Notes: generated from the letters alone by a model not told the origin. A stretch of DNA of 64,000 bases from an uncultured Verrucomicrobia subdivision 3 bacterium (GCA_937890005.1 CALBZA010000017.1:7571-71570); one strand, 5' to 3'. Positions 47,059 to 56,074 are shown, counted from the stretch's first letter. A program made the numbers and translations.

Positions 47059-47187
47059 AGGCTGCGCACGAAGATGGCAGGGATGCGGAAGAATGGCCAG
47101 CCGCTTTGTCTGAGGTTAGGGGAAGGGGAGAGGCAAAAGACAAAAGGCTATAGGCGATGGACGATGGGCGGTATCCAGCGTGATGTT

Positions 47188-47222
47188 GGCAATTCCCATT
47201 CCGCAATCCGAAATCACCAATC
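47188..47222. repeat. NNCAATC-type heptad tract (5 units) at the flhB stop codon
   Basis: ggcaatt cccattc cgcaatc cgaaatc accaatc. The same unit type occurs at 50231..50293 on the opposite strand and at 18033..18047. Confidence 0.6.
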
Positions 47223-48306
47223 AACCCGCGCTTTGCTCCGCGTAATAACGGTATCGATTCACCCGATAAACCCAGGCGAGAACTTCGGCGACCGCTGCGT
47301 ACAAATCTGCAGGAACTTCAGCGCCCACCTTCGCGTGTTTGAATAGCATTCGCGCCAGCGGTTTGTTTTCGATGATCGGAATCTGATGCTGTTTTGCGAT
47401 GTCGCGAATTTCTTTCGCATTCAAACGAATCCCTTTTGCCACCACCCTGGGCGCACGCATCGTCTTGCGATCGTAACGCAGCGCAACGGCGATACGCGTC
47501 GGGTTGGTGACGATCACGTCCGCCGTGGGAACATCCGCCAGCATTTTCTTCTTTGAGACTCCCCGGCGACGGCGGCGCGCAGCTTTGATCTGCGAATTGC
47601 CTTCCGTGTTCTTCATTTCCTCCTTCAGTTCCTGCTTGGTCATCATCAGATCCCGATGATTCCGCCACCATTGATAGCCATAGTCAGCGGCCGCAATGAC
47701 GAGCAGCGCGAGACTGACGCGGACAAAGATGCGCAGGCTCGTTTCGGCAAGAAACTGTGCAATGCGCGAGACGTTGACGGAGGTGGCGAAGATGGGGTCG
47801 GTCAGAATGCTTTGAACCTCGTTGTAGGTGAGCGCGACGATGATTGCGAGTTTCGTCACCGACAACATGGCCGGGACAGCGGAGCGAAAGGAGAAGATTC
47901 GCTTGAGACCTTCAATTGGATTCAGACGGTTCCAGTTCGGTTCCAACGCCTCCGAGGCGGTGTTGAAGCGATTCTGAACCGCACCGGCCAGCAGACCGCA
48001 CAACATGCATGCGAGCACGACCGGAGCGACGCACTTGAGCATGATCAGCGCGCCGGAGACACCGTAGCCTTGAATTTCGTTGATGCTGAGAGAGGTGTCG
48101 TGAAGGTGGCCGAGTGAATTGAGCGTTACGCCGACCAGCTGCCGCCAGATTTCCTGGCCGCTGAAACTGAGCGCGGTCAGGGCGCCGAGCAGAACGAACG
48201 CGGTCTGAACCTCCGGGCTGCGGGCAATCTGACCTTTCTTTAACGCATCCTCGATCTTCTTTTGCGTCGGTTGTTCTGTCTTCTCGCCTTGTTGCTCGCT
48301 GCTCAT
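47221..48306 (-). CDS. flhB: Flagellar export apparatus protein FlhB
   Basis: EKTEQPTQKKIEDALKKGQIARSPE at the N-terminus and the NPTRIAVAL autocleavage (NPTH-like) site. Confidence 0.95.
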   Translation of the reverse strand: MSSEQQGEKTEQPTQKKIEDALKKGQIARSPEVQTAFVLLGALTALSFSGQEIWRQLVGVTLNSLGHLHDTSLSINEIQGYGVSGALIMLKCVAPVVLACMLCGLLAGAVQNRFNTASEALEPNWNRLNPIEGLKRIFSFRSAVPAMLSVTKLAIIVALTYNEVQSILTDPIFATSVNVSRIAQFLAETSLRIFVRVSLALLVIAAADYGYQWWRNHRDLMMTKQELKEEMKNTEGNSQIKAARRRRRGVSKKKMLADVPTADVIVTNPTRIAVALRYDRKTMRAPRVVAKGIRLNAKEIRDIAKQHQIPIIENKPLARMLFKHAKVGAEVPADLYAAVAEVLAWVYRVNRYRYYAEQSAG

Positions 48307-48321
48307 GGAAGGGCGTGGGCG

Positions 48322-49083
48322 TCAGACGTTGAGCAACCGGGCGATGTTCAACAGGTCATCGGGCAGCCGGTTCAGGTAATTGGAGACGTGCTGCGCTGTC
48401 AGATGCAGCGTGAAGCCGAACACGGCCAGCCCGCTCGCAATACGGAAAGGAAAGCTCAGAATGAACACGTTCATTTGCGGAACCGCCCGGCTCAACACTC
48501 CGAAAACGATCGTCACCACGAATGACACTGCCATCACCGGCGCGCAAATCTGCAGGGCAACCACGAAAATCTTGCTGGTGTGAGTGAGGACGGTTTCGAA
48601 CAGCGGCCCGTTCAACTGCGCGCCGCCGATCGGCAGCACGGTGTAGGTCTGTTGAAAGCCGACGAGAACCCAGTGATGCAGATCGAGTGTCAACATGACG
48701 ATCGCCGCGAGGAAAAAGAGAATGGTGCTCGGAACCGGTGCGGACTGGCTGGTGAGCGGATTGAATACCGGCGCCATGTTCAAGCCGATTTCAGTGGCAA
48801 TGATGTTGCCCGCGAGGTCTGCGGCGAAGAAGACCATTCGTGAGATGAACCCGAGGAGGAGGCCGACCGCGACTTCCTTCGTCATGACACCAAACATGCC
48901 GAAGAAGGTGAGTTCACTGAGATGAACCGGCGGGATCATCGGCAGCATCAGCATCGCCGTGAGCGCGCCGAGAGCGATGCGCATCGCGACCGGGAAATTG
49001 GTGGCCGAGAAGAATGGCAGGACGAGCAGGAACGCGCTCATCCGCATGAACACCAGCATCCAGGTCTGATAATCAATCAGCAT
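48322..49083 (-). CDS. fliR: Flagellar export apparatus protein FliR
   Basis: 253 aa, polytopic. Contains FMRMSAFLLVLPFF, and the position between fliQ and flhB fits. Confidence 0.9.
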   Translation of the reverse strand: MLIDYQTWMLVFMRMSAFLLVLPFFSATNFPVAMRIALGALTAMLMLPMIPPVHLSELTFFGMFGVMTKEVAVGLLLGFISRMVFFAADLAGNIIATEIGLNMAPVFNPLTSQSAPVPSTILFFLAAIVMLTLDLHHWVLVGFQQTYTVLPIGGAQLNGPLFETVLTHTSKIFVVALQICAPVMAVSFVVTIVFGVLSRAVPQMNVFILSFPFRIASGLAVFGFTLHLTAQHVSNYLNRLPDDLLNIARLLNV

Positions 49084-49095
49084 TCTTCAATCTAA

Positions 49096-49165
49096 GTTTT
49101 GAGTTTTGAGTTTTGAGTTGGATAACTCGCAACTTGAAACACGAAACGCGAAACGTGGAATAACA
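49096..49165 (-). repeat. 7-nt-periodic intergenic element (GTTTCNN heptads then AACTCAA heptads on the sense strand), ending about 12 nt before the fliR ATG
   Basis: The sense (minus) strand reads gtttcgc gtttcgt gtttcaa gttgcga gttatcc aactcaa aactcaa aactcaa aacttag. It shares a 19-mer with the nuoD-nuoI spacer. Confidence 0.8.
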
Positions 49166-49435
49166 TTACTGCACCATCTGCGGAATTTTCTGTATCACCG
49201 CAGTTGTGAACTCGACGCTCGATCGCACCATCCACGGGAGCATCAGGAGCATGATGCCGACGATCGCCAACGCTTTTGGCACGAACGTAAGTGTCTGCTC
49301 GTGAATCGATGTCACTGCCTGGAACAGACTGACCGCCAGGCCGATGACCATGGCTGTCAGGAGGAACGGCGCGGAGAGGGTCAGAGCCTGAAGCATCATG
49401 TTCTTCAGCAGTTCGATTGCGAATTCAGGATTCAT
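49166..49435 (-). CDS. fliQ: Flagellar export apparatus protein FliQ
   Basis: 89 aa with two TM segments. Contains LSAPFLLTAMVIGLAVSLFQAVTSIHEQTLTFVPK, the FliQ signature. Confidence 0.95.
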   Translation of the reverse strand: MNPEFAIELLKNMMLQALTLSAPFLLTAMVIGLAVSLFQAVTSIHEQTLTFVPKALAIVGIMLLMLPWMVRSSVEFTTAVIQKIPQMVQ

Positions 49436-49462
49436 AAATAGCGATGGGTTGGACGCGCGAGG

Positions 49463-50314
49463 CTAGAGGCCGAAACTTCTTACGAGCGATTGCACGACCA
49501 GTTCCCAGCCATCCACGAGCACGAAGAGCAGCAGCTTGAGCGGCAGTGAGAACGTGGTTGGCGGCATCATCATCATGCCCATGCTCATGAGCACTGTCGC
49601 GACGACAAGGTCGATGAGGATGAATGGGACGAAAATCAGGAAGCCCATTTGAAACGCGGTGCGCAGTTCGCTGATGATGAAGCCGGGGATGACGACGCGC
49701 ATCGGGAGTTGTTCCGGTGCGGTGGGCTCGAGCTTCGCCATGGATGCGAACAGTTCGACATCTTTGGGCCGGGCCTGGCGGAGCATGAAGGTGCGAATGT
49801 GGCCTGAAGCCTTGTCCAGCGCTTCGGTGCCGCTGATCTGCTTTGCCTGGAAAGGTGCGAGCGCGTCGCGGTTGATGTTTTCCCAGACCGGTGCCATGAC
49901 GAAATAGGTCATAAACAGGGCGAGGCCGATGATGATCTGATTGGCTGGCGTGCCCTGGAGCTGAAGCGCGGTGCGGACGAATGAAAGAACGATGACGATC
50001 CGGGTGAAGCAGGTCATCAAAAGCAGAATCGCCGGTGCGAGCGACAGCATGGTGATGACGAACAAGAGCTGGAGGGCGGTATCGACATTGCCAACGCCGT
50101 CGTTGCCACCAACGGTGATTGAGACCGGTCCGAGACTCGGCGCGTTCGTGGTCTGCGCCGAGGCGGAGAAGGTGACGAACAGGGCGACCAGGACGAGAAC
50201 GGTCGAGATCAGCCGAAGGAAGGACGGTTTGCGATTGCGGATTAGGGATTGGGGATTGCCATCGCCACATTGGCGATTGGCGATTGGCGATTGGCTGTTT
50301 CGAATGGTGCTCAT
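49463..50314 (-). CDS. fliP: Flagellar export apparatus protein FliP (N-terminal extension encoded by a heptad-repeat tract)
   Basis: Contains MTCFTRIVIVLSFVRTALQLQGTPANQIIIGLALFMTYFVMAP, the FliP signature. The ATG at 50314 overlaps the fliO stop (ATGA). Confidence 0.9.
   Translation of the reverse strand: MSTIRNSQSPIANRQCGDGNPQSLIRNRKPSFLRLISTVLVLVALFVTFSASAQTTNAPSLGPVSITVGGNDGVGNVDTALQLLFVITMLSLAPAILLLMTCFTRIVIVLSFVRTALQLQGTPANQIIIGLALFMTYFVMAPVWENINRDALAPFQAKQISGTEALDKASGHIRTFMLRQARPKDVELFASMAKLEPTAPEQLPMRVVIPGFIISELRTAFQMGFLIFVPFILIDLVVATVLMSMGMMMMPPTTFSLPLKLLLFVLVDGWELVVQSLVRSFGL
50231..50293 (-). repeat. Nine CAATCNN-type heptads, including 3 perfect GCCAATC units, inside the fliP 5' coding region
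   Basis: The plus strand reads gcgattg cggatta gggattg gggattg ccatcgc cacattg gcgattg gcgattg gcgattg. Confidence 0.8.
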
Positions 50315-50880
50315 GGGCGTTTTCCTCCCTTGAGCATCTGGGCGAGTGTTTCGCCAAATGAAGGTTGTGTTGCGGGTGGTGCCGGTTTCGCGTCGGATCC
50401 GGCTTCCTCAGCCGAGTGCAAATGCGTCAGCATGTTGATGCCGGCGGGCGAGGAGGCGATCAGAAAGCGTTCATGTTCGTAACCGACAACAAACAGCGCA
50501 TGACGTCCTCCCAGCGAACGAGTTTCAATGATGTTCAGCTTCGGCGCCTGTCCGCGCGGCATCGTAAGCCGCTGCCAGTTGCGAAAGACCCAGACACCAC
50601 CGAGAAACAGCGCGATGACCAGCGCGAGCATTCCCATCACGCGGATGAGTGCGCCCGTCACGTTCGCCTGGGGAATCTCCGGGTTTACTGCAATGCGATT
50701 GGTTGAAACCAAAGTTGCGGGAGCGTTGGTTTCTGCGACAACCGGGGCTGGTGTTTCAACAACCGATGCGTCTGCAGGCAAACCGGCAGAATTTGTCAGG
50801 TCAGTTTGAGCCGGTGCGGAAAAAATTGCCGCCACCAGCAACAACAAGGGCAGAATCCGCCTGGAAAGGGGAAGGTTCAT
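50311..50880 (-). CDS. fliO: Flagellar protein FliO
   Basis: Single TM helix VMGMLALVIALFLGGVWVF followed by LNIIETRSLGGRHALFVVGYEHERFLIASSPAGI, a FliO/FliZ signature. Confidence 0.8.
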   Translation of the reverse strand: MNLPLSRRILPLLLLVAAIFSAPAQTDLTNSAGLPADASVVETPAPVVAETNAPATLVSTNRIAVNPEIPQANVTGALIRVMGMLALVIALFLGGVWVFRNWQRLTMPRGQAPKLNIIETRSLGGRHALFVVGYEHERFLIASSPAGINMLTHLHSAEEAGSDAKPAPPATQPSFGETLAQMLKGGKRP

Positions 50881-50891
50881 GGCCCAAGCGG

Positions 50892-51161
50892 TCAGGCTGC
50901 GACAGAATTGCCGATCACCTCGGTAATTTTTACCCCGAAGCGATCCTCAATGACGACGACTTCACCGCGGGCGATGAGCTTGCCGTTGACGCTGAGTTCG
51001 ACGGGGGCATCGGCGGGCTTATCCAGCTGGACGACGGAGCCGATGTTGAGCTGCAGGACTTCTTTCATCGGCAACTGGCAGCTGCCCAGCTCAATCGTGA
51101 GGCTGACAGGCACATCCAGCACCAGATTCAGGTTGTTCGGAATTTCTGCGGTTGCGTTCAT
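50892..51161 (-). CDS. fliN: Flagellar motor switch protein FliN (SpoA domain only)
   Basis: Contains VPVSLTIELGSCQLPMKEVLQLNIGSVVQLDKPADAPVELSVNGKLIARGEVVVIEDRFGVKI. Confidence 0.9.
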   Translation of the reverse strand: MNATAEIPNNLNLVLDVPVSLTIELGSCQLPMKEVLQLNIGSVVQLDKPADAPVELSVNGKLIARGEVVVIEDRFGVKITEVIGNSVAA

Positions 51162-51167
51162 AGTCGC

Positions 51168-52154
51168 TTAAGTCTTCACCGGAGCGGTCAGTTCCACCGC
51201 CCATTTACCGGCCCTGGTTCCTGGGCGCCCGGTAAATTTCGGCATTTGACTCAAGCGTAGCTGGACTTGTGCCGCGCAGCTCGGATCGAGCATAAGGACG
51301 TCGCCAGGCTTCAAACGGGTGATTTCCCCGGCGGAAAGTTTCAATCCTTCCCACTCGGCAACCACCGGGACGGGAACGTCGTTCAGTTCATTGTTCCACT
51401 TCGGCCTGGCAGCACGCGCCGCCGGGGTGTCGTTGGCGGAAACGCCGACCGGTGAAAGCAGCCGAACCAGCGGTTCCACCGTGGCGTAAGGAAAAGCAAT
51501 GTGAATCGGCTCCAGCTGATCGCCAAACCCTGCATTCAGCGTCAAAACCAGCATCGCGGTGTCGCCGGTCGCGGTCTGGAGAAACTTGGGGTTGTTTTCA
51601 TGGCCGAGCAGGGTGGGGCGCATGTCGCGCATCTCGGGCCATGATCCGCACCATTCACTCAGCAACAGCGTGGCGACCTGGTCGATCAGCGCGACTTCAA
51701 TTTCGCTGAGATCGCGATTGCTGTTCGGCGCCTGTCCGGGGCCGCCCAGCAGGCGATCGACGAGGGGCAATCCGATTCGCGGCGGAATGACCAGCAGGCC
51801 GGTTCCCTTGAGGGGATCGGTCTTGAACAGCGTGATGTGATTCGGGCTGGGCAGGCCGTCGATGAACTTCTGGTAACCGACGATCTGAAGCTTGCCGAGC
51901 TGGACCGTGTATTCGACGCGGAGAAAAATCGCGAGACGGGCGGCAAGGCTGCGAACGAACTGTTCGTGGCGCAGGCGAATTCGGCGCAATTCGCTCGGCG
52001 CGAGAAATCCCGACTGGCGGAAATCGTGGCTGCGGATGGCATCGACCTGTTTCTGCTCACGCGCGCCTTTCGAATTCAGCACGGTGACCGTGCCGGCGGC
52101 GACCGGCGCGGGATCGTTCTCGGAAGGCGGTGTCGGAGGTGTGGACGCGCTCAT
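51168..52154 (-). CDS. fliM: Flagellar motor switch protein FliM
   Basis: Contains RSHDFRQSGFLAPSELRRIRLRHEQFVRSLAARL and a C-terminal SpoA-like domain. Confidence 0.9.
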   Translation of the reverse strand: MSASTPPTPPSENDPAPVAAGTVTVLNSKGAREQKQVDAIRSHDFRQSGFLAPSELRRIRLRHEQFVRSLAARLAIFLRVEYTVQLGKLQIVGYQKFIDGLPSPNHITLFKTDPLKGTGLLVIPPRIGLPLVDRLLGGPGQAPNSNRDLSEIEVALIDQVATLLLSEWCGSWPEMRDMRPTLLGHENNPKFLQTATGDTAMLVLTLNAGFGDQLEPIHIAFPYATVEPLVRLLSPVGVSANDTPAARAARPKWNNELNDVPVPVVAEWEGLKLSAGEITRLKPGDVLMLDPSCAAQVQLRLSQMPKFTGRPGTRAGKWAVELTAPVKT

Positions 52155-52191
52155 GCCGTGTGTTGCTTATCCATTGACCCGTCAGGGACTG

Positions 52192-52752
52192 TTACTGGAT
52201 CGCGAATTCGGTCAGGAAGATTTCCTGAACCATGGGCGCTCCCAGGATGTTGTTGAAGCCGGAGATCAATTCGGTGCGGATCAAATTTCTCGCACCGGGC
52301 TTTTCCAGGTCCGCCAGTGTCTTGGTGCAGAGCGTGCCGGAAGTGAAGTCCTTGAATTGATCGCGGGCATCTTCGACCCGGGCCTTGAAGTCCGGATCGG
52401 TCCCGACGAGCGAAAGACTCACCAGCAGGTAACGCTGGCCCATCGTGCCGGCGACGTTCACCACCAGTTTGTTGATGGTGACTGTTTCCTTTCTGGCGTT
52501 CGGGTTCAGTTTTTTGCCCGTGACTTTTTCGGCAGACTTGTCCCCGGATGCAAGGGAGACGCCGAGTTCGCTTTTCAACTTCGGCAGCAGCACGAAGCTC
52601 GTCATGGCATAAGCCAGAACCGGCATGAGAACCACCGTGATGATCAGGGGCATGAAAGCTTTGATTCCACCGCCCGCAGCCGAGGAGGCTCTGGCTGCGG
52701 CGTCGCCGGCCGCGGAAGCGGATTCGGCACCGGGTTCTATGCGATTGGCCAT
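52192..52752 (-). CDS. fliL: Flagellar basal-body-associated protein FliL
   Basis: Single TM helix, then VVNVAGTMGQRYLLVSLSL...IRTELISGFNNIL...QEIFLTEFAIQ, the FliL pattern. Confidence 0.85.
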   Translation of the reverse strand: MANRIEPGAESASAAGDAAARASSAAGGGIKAFMPLIITVVLMPVLAYAMTSFVLLPKLKSELGVSLASGDKSAEKVTGKKLNPNARKETVTINKLVVNVAGTMGQRYLLVSLSLVGTDPDFKARVEDARDQFKDFTSGTLCTKTLADLEKPGARNLIRTELISGFNNILGAPMVQEIFLTEFAIQ

Positions 52753-52758
52753 GGGAGA

Positions 52759-53757
52759 TTAGCGTTTGAGGTTGACGAGTTCCTGAAGGATTTCGTCGCT
52801 GGTTGAGATGATGCGGGCGCTGGCCTGGAAGGCGCGCTGCGTGGTGATCAGCGAGGAGAACTGGTTTGCGAGATCGACGTTCGACATTTCGAGGGCGCCG
52901 GACTGGATTTTTCCGAGGCCGTTCGTGCCGGGCGCTTCGATCTGCGAAAGCGGACCCGCGCCGGCGATTCCGGAGAACAGGTTGTTGCCTTCCTTGGCGA
53001 GGGCTTTCGGATTCTGAAAGTTCTGCAACAGGACCTGGCCGCGGACGTATTCGGTGCCGTCGTTCAGGCGGACATTCACCTTGCCTTCGATGTCGATGTT
53101 GAAAGAGGAAACCTTGAGTCCCTGCGCCGAGGTCAGCGAATCCTGGGCATCTTCAAGCTGTGCGTTCGCCGCAGCCAGCTGGGCGTTGGCGGCATCGACA
53201 GCAGCCTGATCGTTCGGATCGGCGGCATTGACAGCAGCCTGTGCGGCCGTGACGGCGGCCTGGGCGGCTGTGACGGCGGTGTTCGCATCCGCAATGCGTG
53301 TCACGCGGATGTCGTCCGCGTTGATGATCACGTCGCCACGAGTGGTGAGATTGGAATCATTGAAACCCTGCACGCGCAAGCCGCCGCTGGTGACGAGGTA
53401 GCCGTTGGCATCCACGTGGAAGCTGCCGTCCCGCGTTGCGAAATCCGCGCCGCTGAGGCTGTCGCGGACCATGAAGAATCCGCTGCCGGAAACGGCGAGA
53501 TCGGTGTTGGTGCCTGTGTTGGTGATGGCGCCCTGGATAAACTGGTTGGTGATGGCATTGGTGCCCACGCCGGTGCCGATCTGCATGGAAACGCCGCCTG
53601 CGCCGGAGCTGAGCGTCTGGCTGAAGGCATCCGCGAAATCGATTCGGGCGCCCTTGTAGCCGGTGGTGTTGACGTTGGCGATGTTGTTGCCGATGACGTC
53701 CATGCTCTGCTGGAATTGCTGCATGGCGCTGACGCCGGAGTTGAGTGAACGAAGCAT
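52759..53757 (-). CDS. flgE: Flagellar hook protein FlgE (short form with an Ala-rich repeat insert)
   Basis: N-terminus MLRSLNSGVSAMQQFQQSMDVIGNNIANVNTTGYK and C-terminus ALEMSNVDLANQFSSLITTQRAFQASARIISTSDEILQELVNLKR. Confidence 0.85.
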   Translation of the reverse strand: MLRSLNSGVSAMQQFQQSMDVIGNNIANVNTTGYKGARIDFADAFSQTLSSGAGGVSMQIGTGVGTNAITNQFIQGAITNTGTNTDLAVSGSGFFMVRDSLSGADFATRDGSFHVDANGYLVTSGGLRVQGFNDSNLTTRGDVIINADDIRVTRIADANTAVTAAQAAVTAAQAAVNAADPNDQAAVDAANAQLAAANAQLEDAQDSLTSAQGLKVSSFNIDIEGKVNVRLNDGTEYVRGQVLLQNFQNPKALAKEGNNLFSGIAGAGPLSQIEAPGTNGLGKIQSGALEMSNVDLANQFSSLITTQRAFQASARIISTSDEILQELVNLKR

Positions 53758-53772
53758 AATTTGAGTCGGAGG

Positions 53773-54021
53773 TTAGTTGAGTGATGCCGGCAGGACCGTG
53801 AGGACCTGGTTGATGTCATATCGGCGTCCGTTCACCAAAATCTTCGGCTTCCCTGCCTCAGTCAAAACGCCGCTGACAATTCCGTGCAGGATCGTTCGCG
53901 ATCCGACGAGAATTTCAACAACGTTGCCAATCAGATGGTTCGCCATCTGGCGCCGCACGTTCGAAAGTGCGCGGTCTTTTTTCCCTGAACGCCCCGTGTT
54001 GGATTTGAGTGGGTTCAGCAT
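53773..54021 (-). CDS. Small FlgD-C-terminal-like protein (paralog of the end of the adjacent flgD)
   Basis: ANHLIGNVVEILVGSRTILHGIVSGVLTEAGKPKILVNGRRYDINQVLTVLP aligns with FlgD ANTLIGRDVSIQDDGTTVMGTVSSVLLEKGVPKVVVDGTAYDLSKVVTISP. Start taken at MLNPLKS. Confidence 0.55.
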   Translation of the reverse strand: MLNPLKSNTGRSGKKDRALSNVRRQMANHLIGNVVEILVGSRTILHGIVSGVLTEAGKPKILVNGRRYDINQVLTVLPASLN

Positions 54022-54034
54022 AAAGGAAATTGAA

Positions 54035-54457
54035 TCATTCAGCCTGCGGCGAGATCGTGACGACCTTGCTGAGATCGTAGGCAGTTCCGTCAACGACCAC
54101 CTTCGGAACACCCTTCTCCAGCAGAACGCTGCTCACCGTTCCCATGACGGTGGTTCCGTCATCCTGGATTGAAACGTCCCGGCCGATCAGCGTGTTGGCC
54201 TGCAGCATCTGCTGCTCGTTGCGCATCTTGGAAATCGTCGTTTCCAGCGAACGCGTCTGCTCGAGCGCGCTGAACTGCGCCATCTGGCCCATGAACTCCG
54301 CGTTCGACAGCGGATTCATCGGATCCTGCGCTGTCATCTGCGCGATCAGGAGCTGGAAAAAATCTTCCTGGCTCAGCGTTTTTGGAGGCAGCGTGGATGT
54401 CGTCGTCTGGGTTTCGTAACCCGTGGTGGCTGCGGTGACTGGAGAGACGTTTGACAT
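54035..54457 (-). CDS. flgD: Flagellar hook assembly (capping) protein FlgD
   Basis: Contains LSQEDFFQLLIAQMTAQDPMNPLSNAEFMGQMAQFSALEQ, the FlgD N-domain signature. Confidence 0.9.
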   Translation of the reverse strand: MSNVSPVTAATTGYETQTTTSTLPPKTLSQEDFFQLLIAQMTAQDPMNPLSNAEFMGQMAQFSALEQTRSLETTISKMRNEQQMLQANTLIGRDVSIQDDGTTVMGTVSSVLLEKGVPKVVVDGTAYDLSKVVTISPQAE

Positions 54458-54464
54458 AAAATGA

Positions 54465-56072
54465 TCAGGCCCAGGATTCCCAGCCGCGCGGACTGGTGAC
54501 TTTGTTCGTGCGCTTGGGAACGAGGACGCTCGTGAGCGCGAATTCGGCGAAGGCGCCGGTGCGCGCCGGTTTTTCCTCTGATTGTTCGCGGCGCGAATGC
54601 TGCGAGAAACTGTTGTTGCTGGACTGGCTGGAATTGTTGTTCGCGTGGTTCTCGGACTGGCTCAAGGGAGCGAGCCGGATGCCGCGTGATTCCAGCTGCT
54701 GCTGAAGCTCTGCCCAATGACGGTTCAGCAATTCGAAGTCGCCCTTCTGCAGATTCGCCGTCACCTCCACCGCGCCGTCGCGCATCTGAACATTCAACGA
54801 AAGGTGGAGATTTTGATCCGGCTTGATGATCACCTGCATTGACTCCGTTCCGAAGTCGCGCAACCGGAAGGCGTGCAAAGCGATCAAATCCTGTGTTCGT
54901 TCAAGTGTGCGGGCGGAAGTGATTGAAGCCAGCGTGATCGACGCGGTCTGCGTCTCGGTGGAACTCGTAACCGCCTGAAAAGACATTTGCGGGTCGAGCC
55001 TGGCGTCCGTCCGGTCAACACGGGCGGCCTGTGCGGGCTCGAAAGCGGGGCGGGGCGCAGGCCGAACGGCAGCGGTCGAGTCGTTGACCGGCAAGTTTTG
55101 CTCGTTTGACCCGGCAGATTGTTTCACTTTTTCGGCCTTTTGCATGGGCGAGGCGTATTTAGCACTGGATGTGCCAGCAACTTCTCCAAGCACTGAGGAG
55201 GTCCGCGAAGCGGCATTCTTCCTGTCTGAGATCGCTTTTTCTCCGTTTGGCGTCGCAGGGAGATTTTGCCCGGCAAAAGTTTCCTCTGACTCCGATTCGG
55301 CGGATTGATCCGACGCGAGTGCCGCTTCGGTTTCAGAAACCACTTCCACGCTGCTGTCGAGCGCGGACGGTGAAGAAGGCATCTGTTCCGCCTTCGACAC
55401 ATCCGGTGTGATCGGCGCATTCAAATTCGCCGCAACTTTCTCCGCGGCTGCGTCGGTTCGCATTTCGGAGGCGGAATTGGATGATCCCAATCGGTCCGGA
55501 TGCAAGTTGCCGGCAACGTCATCGTTTGCTGCGGTGCCTGATGGAACTTCCTTGGCAGTCGTCTGGGTTGAGTCGGTTGCTGATCCCTGAGCATTCTGTT
55601 GTGCCGTTTCCAGGACCGCTGCATTTGAGGAAGCCGTTGTTGATGATGTTTCCGTGAACGGCGTCGTGCTGGTGCCTGAAACGTTCTGTCCGGCAGTTCC
55701 ATCGCCCGCGATCGCTTCCTGCGGAACCGATGTTTCCGCTTCGCCTTCAATCGCTGCTGTCGTCGTCTGTTGCGGCTGTGTTGGCGCGGAGAGAATCAAT
55801 GAGACGATGTATTCCGATGCGGAAGAAATCGTGGACTGTTCATCGGTTGCGGATGTGTCGTCCAAGGGCTGTTCAAGCGCCGGCGTTTCGGAATCGGTTT
55901 CCGTCGCAGCGGCTTCACTTGAGATTTGATCTGGCGCGTCGCCGAGTGCCTGATCCATGAGGTCGCGGAAGGCTTCGGTGCTTCCGGCGGAAGCTCCGGA
56001 CGCGTCCGGAAGGGAAGGGCAGAGAGCGTTTCCGGCGGGAAGCGCGGCGGTGGGAACGTTGAATGATTGCAT
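54465..56072 (-). CDS. fliK: Flagellar hook-length control protein FliK
   Basis: Long Ser/Thr/Ala-rich disordered region followed by the C-terminal domain LRDFGTESMQVIIKPDQNLHLSLNVQMRDGAVEVTANLQ...LQQQLESRGIRL. Confidence 0.8.
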   Translation of the reverse strand: MQSFNVPTAALPAGNALCPSLPDASGASAGSTEAFRDLMDQALGDAPDQISSEAAATETDSETPALEQPLDDTSATDEQSTISSASEYIVSLILSAPTQPQQTTTAAIEGEAETSVPQEAIAGDGTAGQNVSGTSTTPFTETSSTTASSNAAVLETAQQNAQGSATDSTQTTAKEVPSGTAANDDVAGNLHPDRLGSSNSASEMRTDAAAEKVAANLNAPITPDVSKAEQMPSSPSALDSSVEVVSETEAALASDQSAESESEETFAGQNLPATPNGEKAISDRKNAASRTSSVLGEVAGTSSAKYASPMQKAEKVKQSAGSNEQNLPVNDSTAAVRPAPRPAFEPAQAARVDRTDARLDPQMSFQAVTSSTETQTASITLASITSARTLERTQDLIALHAFRLRDFGTESMQVIIKPDQNLHLSLNVQMRDGAVEVTANLQKGDFELLNRHWAELQQQLESRGIRLAPLSQSENHANNNSSQSSNNSFSQHSRREQSEEKPARTGAFAEFALTSVLVPKRTNKVTSPRGWESWA

Positions 56073-56074
56073 GT

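Noticed and set aside
47059-47220. Missing flhA/flhF after flhB considered as a deletion or rearrangement scar
   Set aside because: The 162-nt spacer shows no gene remnants, IS ends or frame-disrupted homologs. flhA is probably encoded elsewhere, which cannot be assessed from this window.
49096-49165. Heptad arrays considered as a CRISPR array or as generic microsatellite
   Set aside because: The units are only 7 nt with no spacers and no cas genes, so this is not CRISPR. They were kept as a finding because of the shared 19-mer and the sense-strand placement.
49425-50357. 310-aa alternative-frame ORF overlapping fliP
   Set aside because: The FliP frame carries the conserved export-gate motifs. 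The alternative frame is Arg/Pro/His-rich with no signatures.
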